Positions 40,377 through 50,110 of a DNA stretch of 50,662 bases are shown here, piece by piece (the stretch's first letter is position 1; every line of letters starts with the position of its first letter). The notes under the pieces are model-generated. The model searched no databases, had not been told where the DNA came from, and saw only the letters and a list, made by a program, of their open reading frames with translations. The translations under genes were made by a program, and so were the position numbers. Source of the DNA: Candidatus Fermentibacterota bacterium (lineage in GTDB: Bacteria > JAFGKV01); assembly GCA_016928395.1 (NCBI GenBank), contig JAFGKV010000061.1, positions 1-50,662 of the forward strand, written 5' to 3'.

Positions 40377-42269
40377 ATGATCTCAAGAGAAGCCGCTCGT
40401 ACCGCCGGTCAATGCCGTCACTATTCCATGTGCAAGATCGACTATCTTGGAACTGGACTCTGCCCGGCGGGGGCGGAAAACCATTTCGTGTCGTATTATC
40501 CGCAGGGACGCATGGACCTTGTCAAAGCTATCGCGGCGGGAAAACTTCCAGTCACGCAAAGACTCGTGGATATTGCCAATACCTGCACCCTGTGCGGAGC
40601 CTGTGAATTGCAGTGCCATTTTATCTCTGAACTGCGGCTCATGTCGGTAATGAAAGAACTTAAAGAGCATGTCAATGAGCATCTCGCGGCGGGGAACCCT
40701 GTGCTGCCAGAATTCGATGATAAGTCGCTAAGAAGAAATGATCCTCTTCTTGTTGAGCTTCGGGAAATCACAGGCCCAAGATGGGCATCTAATGACCCGG
40801 CCATTACCACCGCCTATTTCTCGGACCCGAGCCCGGTGACCATCCCCAAGCTTCCGCGTGCCGTGGTACTTCCGAAATCAGTCGAAGAAGTCGAGGGCAT
40901 TGTTCGTGTCGCCAAAAAGCACGGAGTCCCGTTCATGGTTCGCGGCAACGGCTCCAGTGTCATGGGGTTTGTCATGACCGATGGCATCTTGGTCGACACA
41001 CAGCGGATGAAAACCATGGACTTCGACGCGGACAACTGGTGTGTCACCGTTGGTGCCGGAGTTTCCGCCTTCGATCTCCAGAAAGAAGCCTTTGCAAGGA
41101 GATACAGGGTCAACGTGGCCGAACCGGCGGCTATGGTTTGCGCCAATCTCATGTGCTCCGGGATCATGTCTCTCTTCAGCACCACCTACGGAACACTGGA
41201 TGATGGCTATGTGGATGCGGAATTCGTAAGTCCGGAAGGCAATCGATTCAGACTGAAAGATAATCGACAACCGGATCTGTACCGTTTTGCCCGTGAAGAC
41301 CACCCTCTGGCCGGCATTTGCACCTCCGTCCAGATGAAGTTGTACCCGATGACAGCGGACGAAGAAGGATTCCTGGTTCCGGTGGAGAGCCTTCAGGAAG
41401 CCCTGGTCTTTGTCCGGGAACTCTCCATCCGGAGAATCGGTTTCGGGCTCGGGGTGCTGGGAGCCGATTACATCTCCGCGTTCATGTCGCCGGCTTCCGC
41501 ACTGGCCCGCGCAGTGAAGGAGTCCACCGAAAGCACGCTTCGGGCCCCTTTCATGGTGATGGTTCTGGGAGACGCCAAGGATCGCGCAGCAGTGGAAAGC
41601 ATGAACCGGACTATCTTGTCCAATGACCTGTTCCGCACCCTGATGCTGGGGCTGCCGAACCTCTCGCCGGTGTCCGGAGAAAGCCATGACACCCTGACCG
41701 ATATTCTGCAACCCTTGGGCGACGCGGATGGACAGCCGCTCAGTCATCTTCTGGGACGCAGCGATCTACAACCCCTGATTGAGGCAGCCCTGAAGCCCTC
41801 ACCCGAGACCCATGCCAGCGCTGTTCCCGAAGACCTTCGGGCCGCCTATACTCGCCTCTATGCGCGGCCGGAGATGACCGATCTCGTCTGGCTCAACATG
41901 TTCCGAATTCTCAGCTCCCGTATGGGACGAGAGAAACACCTGCTCCCGTTGATCATGTATGTCCCTCTCGACAAACCCGAAGTGATCGACGCCCTTGTGA
42001 GCGGACTCAAGCGGATCGCCGATTCCTTGAATGTGAAGAATGATTTCGGTTTTGTCTCGCCCCTTGATCTGGGCAAGCGTGCTTTTCTGGAATATGACTT
42101 TTACCTCGATCAAAACGATCCAGACGAAATCCGGCGTTCCCGGATGGCACTCGGTGCAGCCGCAGAGTTGATTGAAAGAGCATCCGCCTCCGTGAACGGT
42201 GTTCAGTGGATCCGGTACACCCTGAACCAGGGATGCTGCCGAAAGGAATACCTCCTTTATTCACCATGA
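40377..42269 (+). CDS. Fe-S cluster + FAD-binding (VAO/GlcD-type) oxidoreductase
   Basis: N-terminal CRHYSMC..CP and CTLCGACELQC; PRAVVLPKSVEEV..VRGNGSS..VTVGAGV FAD-binding signature. Confidence 0.82.
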   Translation: MISREAARTAGQCRHYSMCKIDYLGTGLCPAGAENHFVSYYPQGRMDLVKAIAAGKLPVTQRLVDIANTCTLCGACELQCHFISELRLMSVMKELKEHVNEHLAAGNPVLPEFDDKSLRRNDPLLVELREITGPRWASNDPAITTAYFSDPSPVTIPKLPRAVVLPKSVEEVEGIVRVAKKHGVPFMVRGNGSSVMGFVMTDGILVDTQRMKTMDFDADNWCVTVGAGVSAFDLQKEAFARRYRVNVAEPAAMVCANLMCSGIMSLFSTTYGTLDDGYVDAEFVSPEGNRFRLKDNRQPDLYRFAREDHPLAGICTSVQMKLYPMTADEEGFLVPVESLQEALVFVRELSIRRIGFGLGVLGADYISAFMSPASALARAVKESTESTLRAPFMVMVLGDAKDRAAVESMNRTILSNDLFRTLMLGLPNLSPVSGESHDTLTDILQPLGDADGQPLSHLLGRSDLQPLIEAALKPSPETHASAVPEDLRAAYTRLYARPEMTDLVWLNMFRILSSRMGREKHLLPLIMYVPLDKPEVIDALVSGLKRIADSLNVKNDFGFVSPLDLGKRAFLEYDFYLDQNDPDEIRRSRMALGAAAELIERASASVNGVQWIRYTLNQGCCRKEYLLYSP

Positions 42270-43465
42270 TGCGAGTCCGCTCGAAACCGGAAAAGCGTTT
42301 CCTTGTAACCGGAGCCACGGGGTTCATCGGAAGCCATCTTGCCGGCGCACTGTCGGAAGAAGGCCACTCGGTCTGCCTGCTGATCCGCACCTTACCCACC
42401 CAAAGCACCACATCTGATGATCGCTGGAATCGGATCGCCGACTGGCTCAGGCTTTCCCCGGCCGCGCGTGCGCGCATTACAGTTTTCGCCGGTGATCTGG
42501 ATGCTCCCGACCTGAACCTGTCCGCGGATGATGCCCGCTTCTTGAAGGCCAATACAGAGGAAATCGTTCATGCGGCAGCCAGCACGTCTTTCTCTGAAAG
42601 AAAGCGCACCGAGATATTTCAGACCAACATCATCGGACTCGGGAATCTCCTTTCTTTCATGGACGGCGCTTCCTGCAGCCGCATTCACGCCATCAGTACG
42701 GCCTATGTGGGGGGAAACCCCGTGGCCCCCTGCATGGAGGTCTTCTCCCCTCCACACGGTTGTCTCAACCCTTACGAAGAATCCAAGCATCAGGCGGAAA
42801 TTCTGCTTCGGGAATTTTGCAGCCGGAAGGGCGTTCGTCTTTTCATCTATCGTCCTTCGATCGTTTATGGGAATTCCCGCACCGGCAAGACCTTCCGGTT
42901 CAATGCCCTTTATCACCCCGTTCGTTCCATTGCCTATCTCCGTGATCTATTCATGAAGGATCTCTTGGAAAACTCAGGCAACCAGGCGAGAAAGATGGGC
43001 ATCTCACTGGATCCCACCGATCACACGCTTCACATGCCCATCCATTTCCGGAAGCGGCAGGGAACAGGTGTGAACCTAGTCCCGATTGAGTATTGTACCG
43101 ATTCAATTCTTGAACTCATGAATGCGCCCGGGACGGATAGGATTTTTCACATCACCAATACGAAGAGCACCCCACTCACTGACTTGGTTTCATTTACGGG
43201 AAGACTTCTCAAGATTTCGGGGATGGTTGCTGAAGGTGTCTCAGCCCAGCAAAATCCTACGTCAAGTGCGCTAGATCATCTATTCCAGCGTTACATGGAA
43301 CCCTATCAGCCTTATATCGAAGACACTCGGGTATTTGATGACAGCCGGGCCGCACAGACCCTGTTGCCAGCAGGAATCCACTGCCCGGGATTTTCATATT
43401 CTATTTTTGAGCAGTGCATGACGTATGCGATGAAAAGCAACTGGGGCCGAACTCTGGGGCTCTGA
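42266..43465 (+). CDS. Extended SDR, fatty acyl-CoA reductase / thioester reductase-like
   Basis: LVTGATGFIGSHL, GDL, HAAA, ISTAYV, YEESK, YRPSIVYG; ATGA overlap with the upstream gene. Confidence 0.85.
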   Translation: MMRVRSKPEKRFLVTGATGFIGSHLAGALSEEGHSVCLLIRTLPTQSTTSDDRWNRIADWLRLSPAARARITVFAGDLDAPDLNLSADDARFLKANTEEIVHAAASTSFSERKRTEIFQTNIIGLGNLLSFMDGASCSRIHAISTAYVGGNPVAPCMEVFSPPHGCLNPYEESKHQAEILLREFCSRKGVRLFIYRPSIVYGNSRTGKTFRFNALYHPVRSIAYLRDLFMKDLLENSGNQARKMGISLDPTDHTLHMPIHFRKRQGTGVNLVPIEYCTDSILELMNAPGTDRIFHITNTKSTPLTDLVSFTGRLLKISGMVAEGVSAQQNPTSSALDHLFQRYMEPYQPYIEDTRVFDDSRAAQTLLPAGIHCPGFSYSIFEQCMTYAMKSNWGRTLGL

Positions 43466-44030
43466 TTATCCACACCCTCCGTCCATTCTGTTCTCTCACG
43501 CACAATTGAGGGGTGCTTCCGGATTTCTTGTGAATAGGCAGCGAATGATGGGGCGCAGGAGCCCCCTCGGATACCCGCCTCCGGCGTCGACCCTGAGCGC
43601 AGTTGTCGACGCCGGCGCGAAATGTCCTGGACTCGCCGGTGAGGACATTCCTCGGAATCCCCGCGATCTCCTCCGACAAATGGAACCCGGCACGCTGTGG
43701 AGTGCCCAGGCGCGCCTGCGCCTTGGATGGCGGGAGCTTGCTCCCGCATCCAGTGGTGCGGGGGCAACCGGCGGCGAGCCGCAGCACCTTGTGTGGCTGG
43801 CGAAGTGGCGAGAGAGGCACGGTGTGCATAGTGCACCGCCGCAAGATGCTGGACCTTGCCGCCGCACTCCAAGGAGTCGGCAGTAGCCGGTGCGCAGTGG
43901 CGAAGAAGGGAAGAAGAAGTCCCTTTCAGATTGGTCGGAGAAGAGCCATTCCAAAACGGCGTTGGCAGCCAATGGAAGAGTCGGACCGGGGTCTGGCGCG
44001 GTGAGGTCCAACCAGTGGGTTGAGGCGCGG

Positions 44031-44068
44031 TTGACATTCCACGAAGTCCCCTTACATTCGCGGAAGGA
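44031..44068 (+). promoter_or_regulatory. TA operon promoter with imperfect inverted repeat
   Basis: TTGACA-16 nt-TACATT; CCTTAC-N6-GGAAGG overlaps the -10. Confidence 0.55.
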
Positions 44069-44093
44069 GTGCTGAATTGAGAAAGGACTACGA

Positions 44094-44339
44094 ATGCCGA
44101 CGTCGACCATCACGAGCAAGGGGCAGACGACGATTCCCAAGGAAGTGCGCGATTTCCTCGGCGTACACCCGGGCGACCAGGTAGACTTTGTTATCCAGGA
44201 TGGCGGGGTCTTGGTCAAACCAGCTACGGTGGATGCCCGAACGCTCCGTGGCGCGCTACGGCGCTACGGCGAGACATCGGTTCCCGTAGAGGCCATGACG
44301 CGGGCAGTGCGGGAGAGGTTCGCCGGAGAGCGCCCGTGA
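44094..44339 (+). CDS. AbrB/MazE-fold antitoxin
   Basis: STITSKGQTTIPKEVRDFLGVHPGD. Confidence 0.92.
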   Translation: MPTSTITSKGQTTIPKEVRDFLGVHPGDQVDFVIQDGGVLVKPATVDARTLRGALRRYGETSVPVEAMTRAVRERFAGERP

Positions 44340-44731
44340 CCGGGATCGATACCAATGTTCTCGTACGCTTCCTCGTGGGGGACGGCGCCCACCAGGCCGC
44401 GAAGGCAGCTTCACTCGTGGAAGATGCCATCATCAACGGAGAGAGACTCTTCCTCTGCACCATCGTGCTGTGTGAGTTGGTGTGGGTTCTGGAGTCAGCC
44501 TACCGCGTTCCACGGGAGGAAGTAGCCGATACGGTGGAGCATTTGCTGATGGCGAGGCAGTTCGAGATCGAGCGCAAGGACTGCGCGTGGGCGGCCCTGG
44601 CCGACTTTCGTGGTTCACATGCCGACTTCGCCGATTGCCTCATCGGCCGGATCAACGGTTCGTTCGGCTGTCGTACGACGCACACATTCGACCGCGCGGC
44701 GCAGGATGTCGCCACCTTCTCAGTTCTATAG
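44336..44731 (+). CDS. VapC PIN-domain toxin
   Basis: GIDTNVLVRFL, ELVWVL, ADFADCLI, TFDR; GTGA overlap. Confidence 0.92.
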   Translation: MTGIDTNVLVRFLVGDGAHQAAKAASLVEDAIINGERLFLCTIVLCELVWVLESAYRVPREEVADTVEHLLMARQFEIERKDCAWAALADFRGSHADFADCLIGRINGSFGCRTTHTFDRAAQDVATFSVL

Positions 44732-45011
44732 GAGGACGGCCTCAGCCGGTCTAGGCACGTTGGTAAAATGCCAACGTGCTGAGCCAAAGAGCCTTCCACA
44801 TAAGGCTTCCGAACCCGCTGAAGCGTGCCAAATGCTACTCCGTGGCCGTGACGTGGACTATTCTACTCTTAGAATAGCGGCCCTCACGGGCTGCTGCGTG
44901 GACGCTTCGCGGGCACCACGGCATAACCGTCTGCTTCGTACTCGAATTCTGGACGAGGCTCGCATTCGACCGCCGCCACAGCCCGGGGGGACCGTGTGTC
45001 GTACTCGAATG

Positions 45012-45362
45012 CTATGTGGTCTTCCTGCCCATCATCCCGAGGATATCGGCCAGAGGATTGCCGACGCCATCGAGGTCGAGGATCGATGAGAGGCCGAGAT
45101 TCCCCGGCCGTACCACTGCCTTTGAGGGGCCGGTCTTGTGGCCGAGTGAGCTCCCGAGCGGGCCGCCTCCGCCGAGTTGTCCGAGAAGGCCGCCGAAACC
45201 TGCCAACCCCGAGGGCTGCGACGGCGTATGTTTCTTGAATCCACCGAGGATCGCGGGGAGAAGCGCCTCGGCGCCACTCTTGGCCTGACTCTCGCTGATC
45301 CCGAGTTCCCGCGCCATTGACTGGAGGCCGCCCATTTGGGCGAGGATGCCGCTGATGTCCAT
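45012..45362 (-). CDS. DUF937/YidB-like protein, apparently internally shortened
   Basis: RBS AAGGAG; GGLQSMARELGISESQA..LLPAILGGF and C-terminal LDLDGVGNPLADILG, joined by a short middle segment. Confidence 0.6.
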   Translation of the reverse strand: MDISGILAQMGGLQSMARELGISESQAKSGAEALLPAILGGFKKHTPSQPSGLAGFGGLLGQLGGGGPLGSSLGHKTGPSKAVVRPGNLGLSSILDLDGVGNPLADILGMMGRKTT

Positions 45363-45836
45363 CTCTGTACTCTCCTTAGGTTGGTGACTGTACCTTCAAC
45401 TCAGTCGAGAGGGTCTCTGAGCGCAGCGAAGCCGCTGTCGATATCGAGGTCTTGAGCAGGTCGACGAGAGAAGTCCGCCAGTTCAGCGTCTGCAGGCTCG
45501 TAGCCGCGCGCTGTTCATGCTGCGCGACTACGTCGGCCAGAGCGATGGCCCGGGAGCCACGCCGTTTCGCCGCTCACGAACCTCCCGATCGGGCACTGGG
45601 GAGGCGTTCTGTGTCGCCCGGTACGGTGCATACCGCGCTGTCACAGAAACCCGCGTCAGAAGGCACAGTTTCGATGTTTTGCGCTCCTGACGCACCATGG
45701 TCCACACACACGGGTACACCCCCTCTCGGTAGTCCTGCGCGGCCACAGACACTTCATGACTCCCCCTGCAAGACAGTTGACCCTTCCGCCCTCTCTCCCT
45801 AGCCTACCCGCCTTGGCTTACCCTCTGGAGGAATGC

Positions 45837-47858
45837 ATGGCAGTCAGTCCCCTTGATCGTGACGATATGGCTGTGGCGGCCCTTCGTGTACTCAGCGCCC
45901 AGCAGGTGGAACAGGCCCGCTCGGGCCATCCCGGCATGCCCCTGGGGGCTGCCGATGTGGCCTTTGTGCTGTGGACGCGATTTCTCCGCCACATGCCGGA
46001 TGACCCTCAGTGGATTGCCCGCGACCGGTTCATCCTCTCGGCCGGCCACGCCTCGGCCTTGCTCTACAGCCTGCTGCACCTCTCGGGCTACGGGCTTGAC
46101 ATGGATGACCTGATTCGCTTCAGGCAGCTGGGAAGCCGGACGCCGGGCCATCCGGAACACGCCCCCGAGTTGGGGATCGAGATGACCACCGGCCCCTTGG
46201 GCCAAGGCCTGGGCGCATCGGTGGGTATGGCTCTGGGCCTGAAGATTCTGGAGGAAAGGTTCCGTTCTCCCGCGTTCCCCGGTCTTGGGTCACGGGTCTT
46301 CGTGCTGGCATCGGACGGCGACATGATGGAAGGCATCAGCAGCGAGGCTGGATCCCTAGCCGCTCACCTGGGGCTGGACAACCTCGTAGTCATCTACGAT
46401 TCCAACCGCGTGACCATCGACGGCAGCACCGAGTTGAGCTTCACTGAAGACGTCGGGCAGCGATTCCGTGCCTTTGGGTGGCATGTCACGACCGTGAACG
46501 GGCAGGACCGGCCGGCGATAGAATCCGCCCTGCATGACGCGCTGGACGGGCCTGGTGTACCGAAGCTTCTCATCGCAGAGACCGTTTTGGCCAAACACGT
46601 CCCCGGAGGTGAAGGAGACCATAGGCTCCACGGGTCTCCGTTGGGCCCACAGCGGCTTGATGGCCTGAAGCGTGCCGTGGGCTGGCCGGAGACTAAGCCT
46701 TTCTCCATCCCCGAAATCGCCTACGAGCCCTTCATGGCGCGCGTGGGCATCGTCCGCGAGGAGTATGATTCGTGGCGCAGCCGGTACGAATCATGGCGCA
46801 GCGCGGAACCTGACCGGGCTGCGGAGTTGGATGCGATGTTCACCCAAGCGATGCCCGAGAACCTGGATACCCTTGTGGCCCAAGCCGTCGGCCAGAAGGA
46901 ACAGGCCACCAGGCTGCACTCCGCCGCAGTCTTGGGGGTGGTCATGCCTACCATGCCCTGGCTTGTTGGCGGATCGGCCGACCTCACCGAGTCCAACGGC
47001 CTGCCCAAGGAACACCTGACGAGACTGTGCAAGGGTTCATACACGGGCCAGACCGTCCATTTCGGAATCCGTGAGCACGCCATGGCAGCCGCGGCCAACG
47101 GCCTCGCCCTGCTGGGCGCGTTCCGGCCCTTCATCGCGACCTTCCTCACCTTCTCTGACTACTTGCGGCCTTCCATGAGGCTGGCGGCACTGATGAAGCT
47201 GCCGGTGATCTACCTGTTCTCCCATGACAGCATCTTCCTTGGAGAGGATGGCCCCACCCATCAACCCGTGGAGCACCTGGCCTCGCTGCGAGCATTGCCG
47301 AACCTGACGGTCATGCGGCCGGCCGACGGGCCTGAGGTTGCCGCCTCCTGGGCGTGGGCCCTTCGGAGTAGATCGGGACCCATCGCCATTATCCTGTCAC
47401 GGCAGAGGGTGCCTGTGCTGCCCCGGGCCTCAACGGCGCTTCCATCGGTGGAGCGAGGCGCCTATGTTCTTGTCGACCATCCCGAGCCCGCGGCCGTCGT
47501 GGTGGCAACCGGGTCGGAGGTCGGTCTCGCAGTGGCCGCGGCGGAAATCGCGCAGCGGCACGGAGTCTCTCTCCGGGTCGTATCCATGCCCAGCATGGAG
47601 CTGTTCATGGGTCAAGGCAGCCCTTACAGGGATACCGTGCTCCCGCCCCGGTGCCCTGTCGTCGGCATCGAGGCCGCGGGCGGGTTTGGATGGGAGCGGA
47701 TCACCGGCAAGGAAGGCCTGTTCATCGGCGTCATCGGATTCGGTGCGTCGGCCCCGGCCGACTTGCTCCGTAAGGCCTACGGGCTTGACCCTGAGCCGGT
47801 TGCCCGCCAAATCATGAACTGGCTGTCCTCTCAGCCTGACAAGGAGGACCTCCCATGA
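45837..47858 (+). CDS. tkt: Transketolase
   Basis: SGHPGMP, RDRFILSAGH, TTGPLGQG, SDGDMMEG, FGIREHAM, GEDGPTHQP. Confidence 0.96.
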   Translation: MAVSPLDRDDMAVAALRVLSAQQVEQARSGHPGMPLGAADVAFVLWTRFLRHMPDDPQWIARDRFILSAGHASALLYSLLHLSGYGLDMDDLIRFRQLGSRTPGHPEHAPELGIEMTTGPLGQGLGASVGMALGLKILEERFRSPAFPGLGSRVFVLASDGDMMEGISSEAGSLAAHLGLDNLVVIYDSNRVTIDGSTELSFTEDVGQRFRAFGWHVTTVNGQDRPAIESALHDALDGPGVPKLLIAETVLAKHVPGGEGDHRLHGSPLGPQRLDGLKRAVGWPETKPFSIPEIAYEPFMARVGIVREEYDSWRSRYESWRSAEPDRAAELDAMFTQAMPENLDTLVAQAVGQKEQATRLHSAAVLGVVMPTMPWLVGGSADLTESNGLPKEHLTRLCKGSYTGQTVHFGIREHAMAAAANGLALLGAFRPFIATFLTFSDYLRPSMRLAALMKLPVIYLFSHDSIFLGEDGPTHQPVEHLASLRALPNLTVMRPADGPEVAASWAWALRSRSGPIAIILSRQRVPVLPRASTALPSVERGAYVLVDHPEPAAVVVATGSEVGLAVAAAEIAQRHGVSLRVVSMPSMELFMGQGSPYRDTVLPPRCPVVGIEAAGGFGWERITGKEGLFIGVIGFGASAPADLLRKAYGLDPEPVARQIMNWLSSQPDKEDLP

Positions 47859-50110
47859 ACGACCATACCCAGATTCTGGCCGAGTGTCTTGATCGCGGCG
47901 CCCGCGTGCTCTTGGAGCAGGAAGCCTACCGTCTCCTGGAGATGGAGGGGCTCCCCGTGCCGGCGACGCGCCTGGTCTGCGGCGCAGAGGACGTGACAGC
48001 CGGGATGCTGAAAGGAATTCCAGGCGAGCGGGTCATCCTCAAGCTGGCCAGCAGAGCCATCACCCATAAGACAGACGTGGGCGGCATCAAGATCGTTGCC
48101 AAGGAAACCTCCGAAGTAGCGCGCGCCGTGGGCGGTATCATCAAGACCGTAACAGATCGCCATGGTAGCGGCGTGATCGACGGCGTCATGATCGCCGAAC
48201 TGGTCGACTTCTCCCCGACCTTCGGTCACGAGCTGCTGGCCGGATTCCGCCTGGACGCAGCCTTCGGGCCGGTGGTAAGCCTGGGCCTTGGCGGCATCCA
48301 TACTGAGTTCTTCCACGAGCATCTGAAACCGGCCTCAAGCCTGCGATCGTGCTCGGCCCTGGCCGTACGCATGGAGCACCTGTTGAAAGGTTCAGCCCTG
48401 GAGCGCCCGCTTCTGGGGCAACTCCGAGGGCAACGGAAAGCGCCCATTTCCCAAGACACGTTGAGGTCGTTCATGGAGACTCTGGCCGCGATGGCGCGGG
48501 ACTCGTATGCAGCCTGTCCCGGCGAGCCAAGACTCGCGGAAATGGAGATCAACCCCGTGGTGGTCGATTCCCGGGGCAGGCTGGTTGTTCTGGACGCCGT
48601 AGCCAGGGTGGAACGGGCGCCCGAGGCCCTACCCGGCAGGCCACTGCGGAAGATCACGAAGCTGTTGAGGCCGACGAGCGCTCTGGTGGCCGGCGCCAGC
48701 ACCAAGGGCATGAACTCCGGCCGGATCATCCTGCGCAATCTGCTGGAGGGGGGCGGGGTTCCCAAAGAGCGTATCTATGGGCTTCATCCTGCGGCGACTG
48801 AGATCGACGGGGTTCGATGCTTTGCGAGACTGAGTGATCTTCCCGAGCGAGTGGATATGGCAGTCATCGCCATCCCCGCGGCCGGAGGCGCGGATCGTGT
48901 GGTGTGCGACCTGGTGGAGCACGAGGCCGTGCACAGCATTACCCTCATTCCCGGGGGATTCGCCGAAACCGAAGGCGGCAAGGAACGGGAACAGCGGCTT
49001 CGCGATGCCTTGGCCGCATCTCACGCGAAACCTGACGGCGGCGTGATCCTCAACGGCGGCAACTGCCTGGGCATCGTGTCCAACCCGGGCGGATACAACA
49101 CCTTCTTCTTGCCCAAGTACAAGCTGCCGTTCACCCCCGCGAAGGGCGACAATCTGGCTGCCATCAGCCAGAGCGGGGCCTATCTGGTAACCCAGGCCAG
49201 CACGTTCGACGGCGTGATCAATCCCCGCTATTCCATCAGCGTGGGCAATCAAGTCGATCTCACGGTCGGCGACTATCTGCTCTACCTCGTCGAAGAGGAA
49301 GGGTTGGAGGTATTCTCTGTCTACGTGGAAGGCTTCCAGCCCGGCGACGGGCTTCAGTTCCTCAACTCCACCCGGCACGCTACCGCAGCCGGCAAGGCCG
49401 TGCTGCTCTACAAAGCGGGCCGCAGCCCCGAAGGCGCCCGGGCCGCCAGTTCGCATACCGCCAGCATGGTCGGCGATTATGATACCGCGGCGGCCTTGGC
49501 AGCCCAGGCGGGTGCGGTGGTATGCGATACTCTGGATCAGTACCAGGATCTGACCCTGGCGTTTTCCCTTCTCTGGTCGAGACCTCCTGCGGGCAACAAG
49601 GTTGGCGTGATCAGCAATGCCGGCTTCGAGGCCACCGCCTCGGCCGATCGCCTGGGTTCCCTGCGTCTGGCCGATCTCTTGCCTGAGACTCTGGAGAACC
49701 TGACCAAGGCTTTGCCCGAGGATGTCATCGATGCGCACAATCCTCTGGATGTGACCCCGGTCACCAACACCGAAGGATTCGCGCGCTGCGTTGACCTGAT
49801 GCTGGATGACCCCACTGTGGATTGCGTGGTGGTCAGCCCGGTGCCCCCTACGCCCGCGCTGAACAACCTGCCGCCGTCGGAGATGCACAGGGAGAATGTC
49901 TATGATCCGGCCAGCCTGCCTTCGCGGTTGATCGACTTGTTCAAGAAGACGCAGAAGCCTATGGTTTTCTGTGTGGATTCGGGGCCGCTGTACGATCCGA
50001 TGGTGCGGATGCTTCTGGAAGCGGGTGCCCCCTGCTACCGTCATATCGACCGCGCCATGGCCGCCCTGTCCTCCTTCGTGGCTGTTCGCTCCAGAGAAGT
50101 AAGGAAGTAA
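47855..50110 (+). CDS. ADP-forming acyl-CoA synthetase family protein, ATP-grasp (beta) N-terminal and CoA-binding (alpha) C-terminal
   Basis: HKTDVGGI, FGPVV, EMEINP; then GAS, GGNCLG, SQSGA, SVGNQVD, SHTASMVG (phospho-His), NAG, NPLD. Confidence 0.88.
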   Translation: MNDHTQILAECLDRGARVLLEQEAYRLLEMEGLPVPATRLVCGAEDVTAGMLKGIPGERVILKLASRAITHKTDVGGIKIVAKETSEVARAVGGIIKTVTDRHGSGVIDGVMIAELVDFSPTFGHELLAGFRLDAAFGPVVSLGLGGIHTEFFHEHLKPASSLRSCSALAVRMEHLLKGSALERPLLGQLRGQRKAPISQDTLRSFMETLAAMARDSYAACPGEPRLAEMEINPVVVDSRGRLVVLDAVARVERAPEALPGRPLRKITKLLRPTSALVAGASTKGMNSGRIILRNLLEGGGVPKERIYGLHPAATEIDGVRCFARLSDLPERVDMAVIAIPAAGGADRVVCDLVEHEAVHSITLIPGGFAETEGGKEREQRLRDALAASHAKPDGGVILNGGNCLGIVSNPGGYNTFFLPKYKLPFTPAKGDNLAAISQSGAYLVTQASTFDGVINPRYSISVGNQVDLTVGDYLLYLVEEEGLEVFSVYVEGFQPGDGLQFLNSTRHATAAGKAVLLYKAGRSPEGARAASSHTASMVGDYDTAAALAAQAGAVVCDTLDQYQDLTLAFSLLWSRPPAGNKVGVISNAGFEATASADRLGSLRLADLLPETLENLTKALPEDVIDAHNPLDVTPVTNTEGFARCVDLMLDDPTVDCVVVSPVPPTPALNNLPPSEMHRENVYDPASLPSRLIDLFKKTQKPMVFCVDSGPLYDPMVRMLLEAGAPCYRHIDRAMAALSSFVAVRSREVRK

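Noticed and set aside
43496-44218. ORFs between the SDR gene and the AbrB antitoxin
   Set aside because: No recognisable domains; the region contains palindromes (e.g. CCGGCGTCGAC..GTCGACGCCGG) and the TA promoter.
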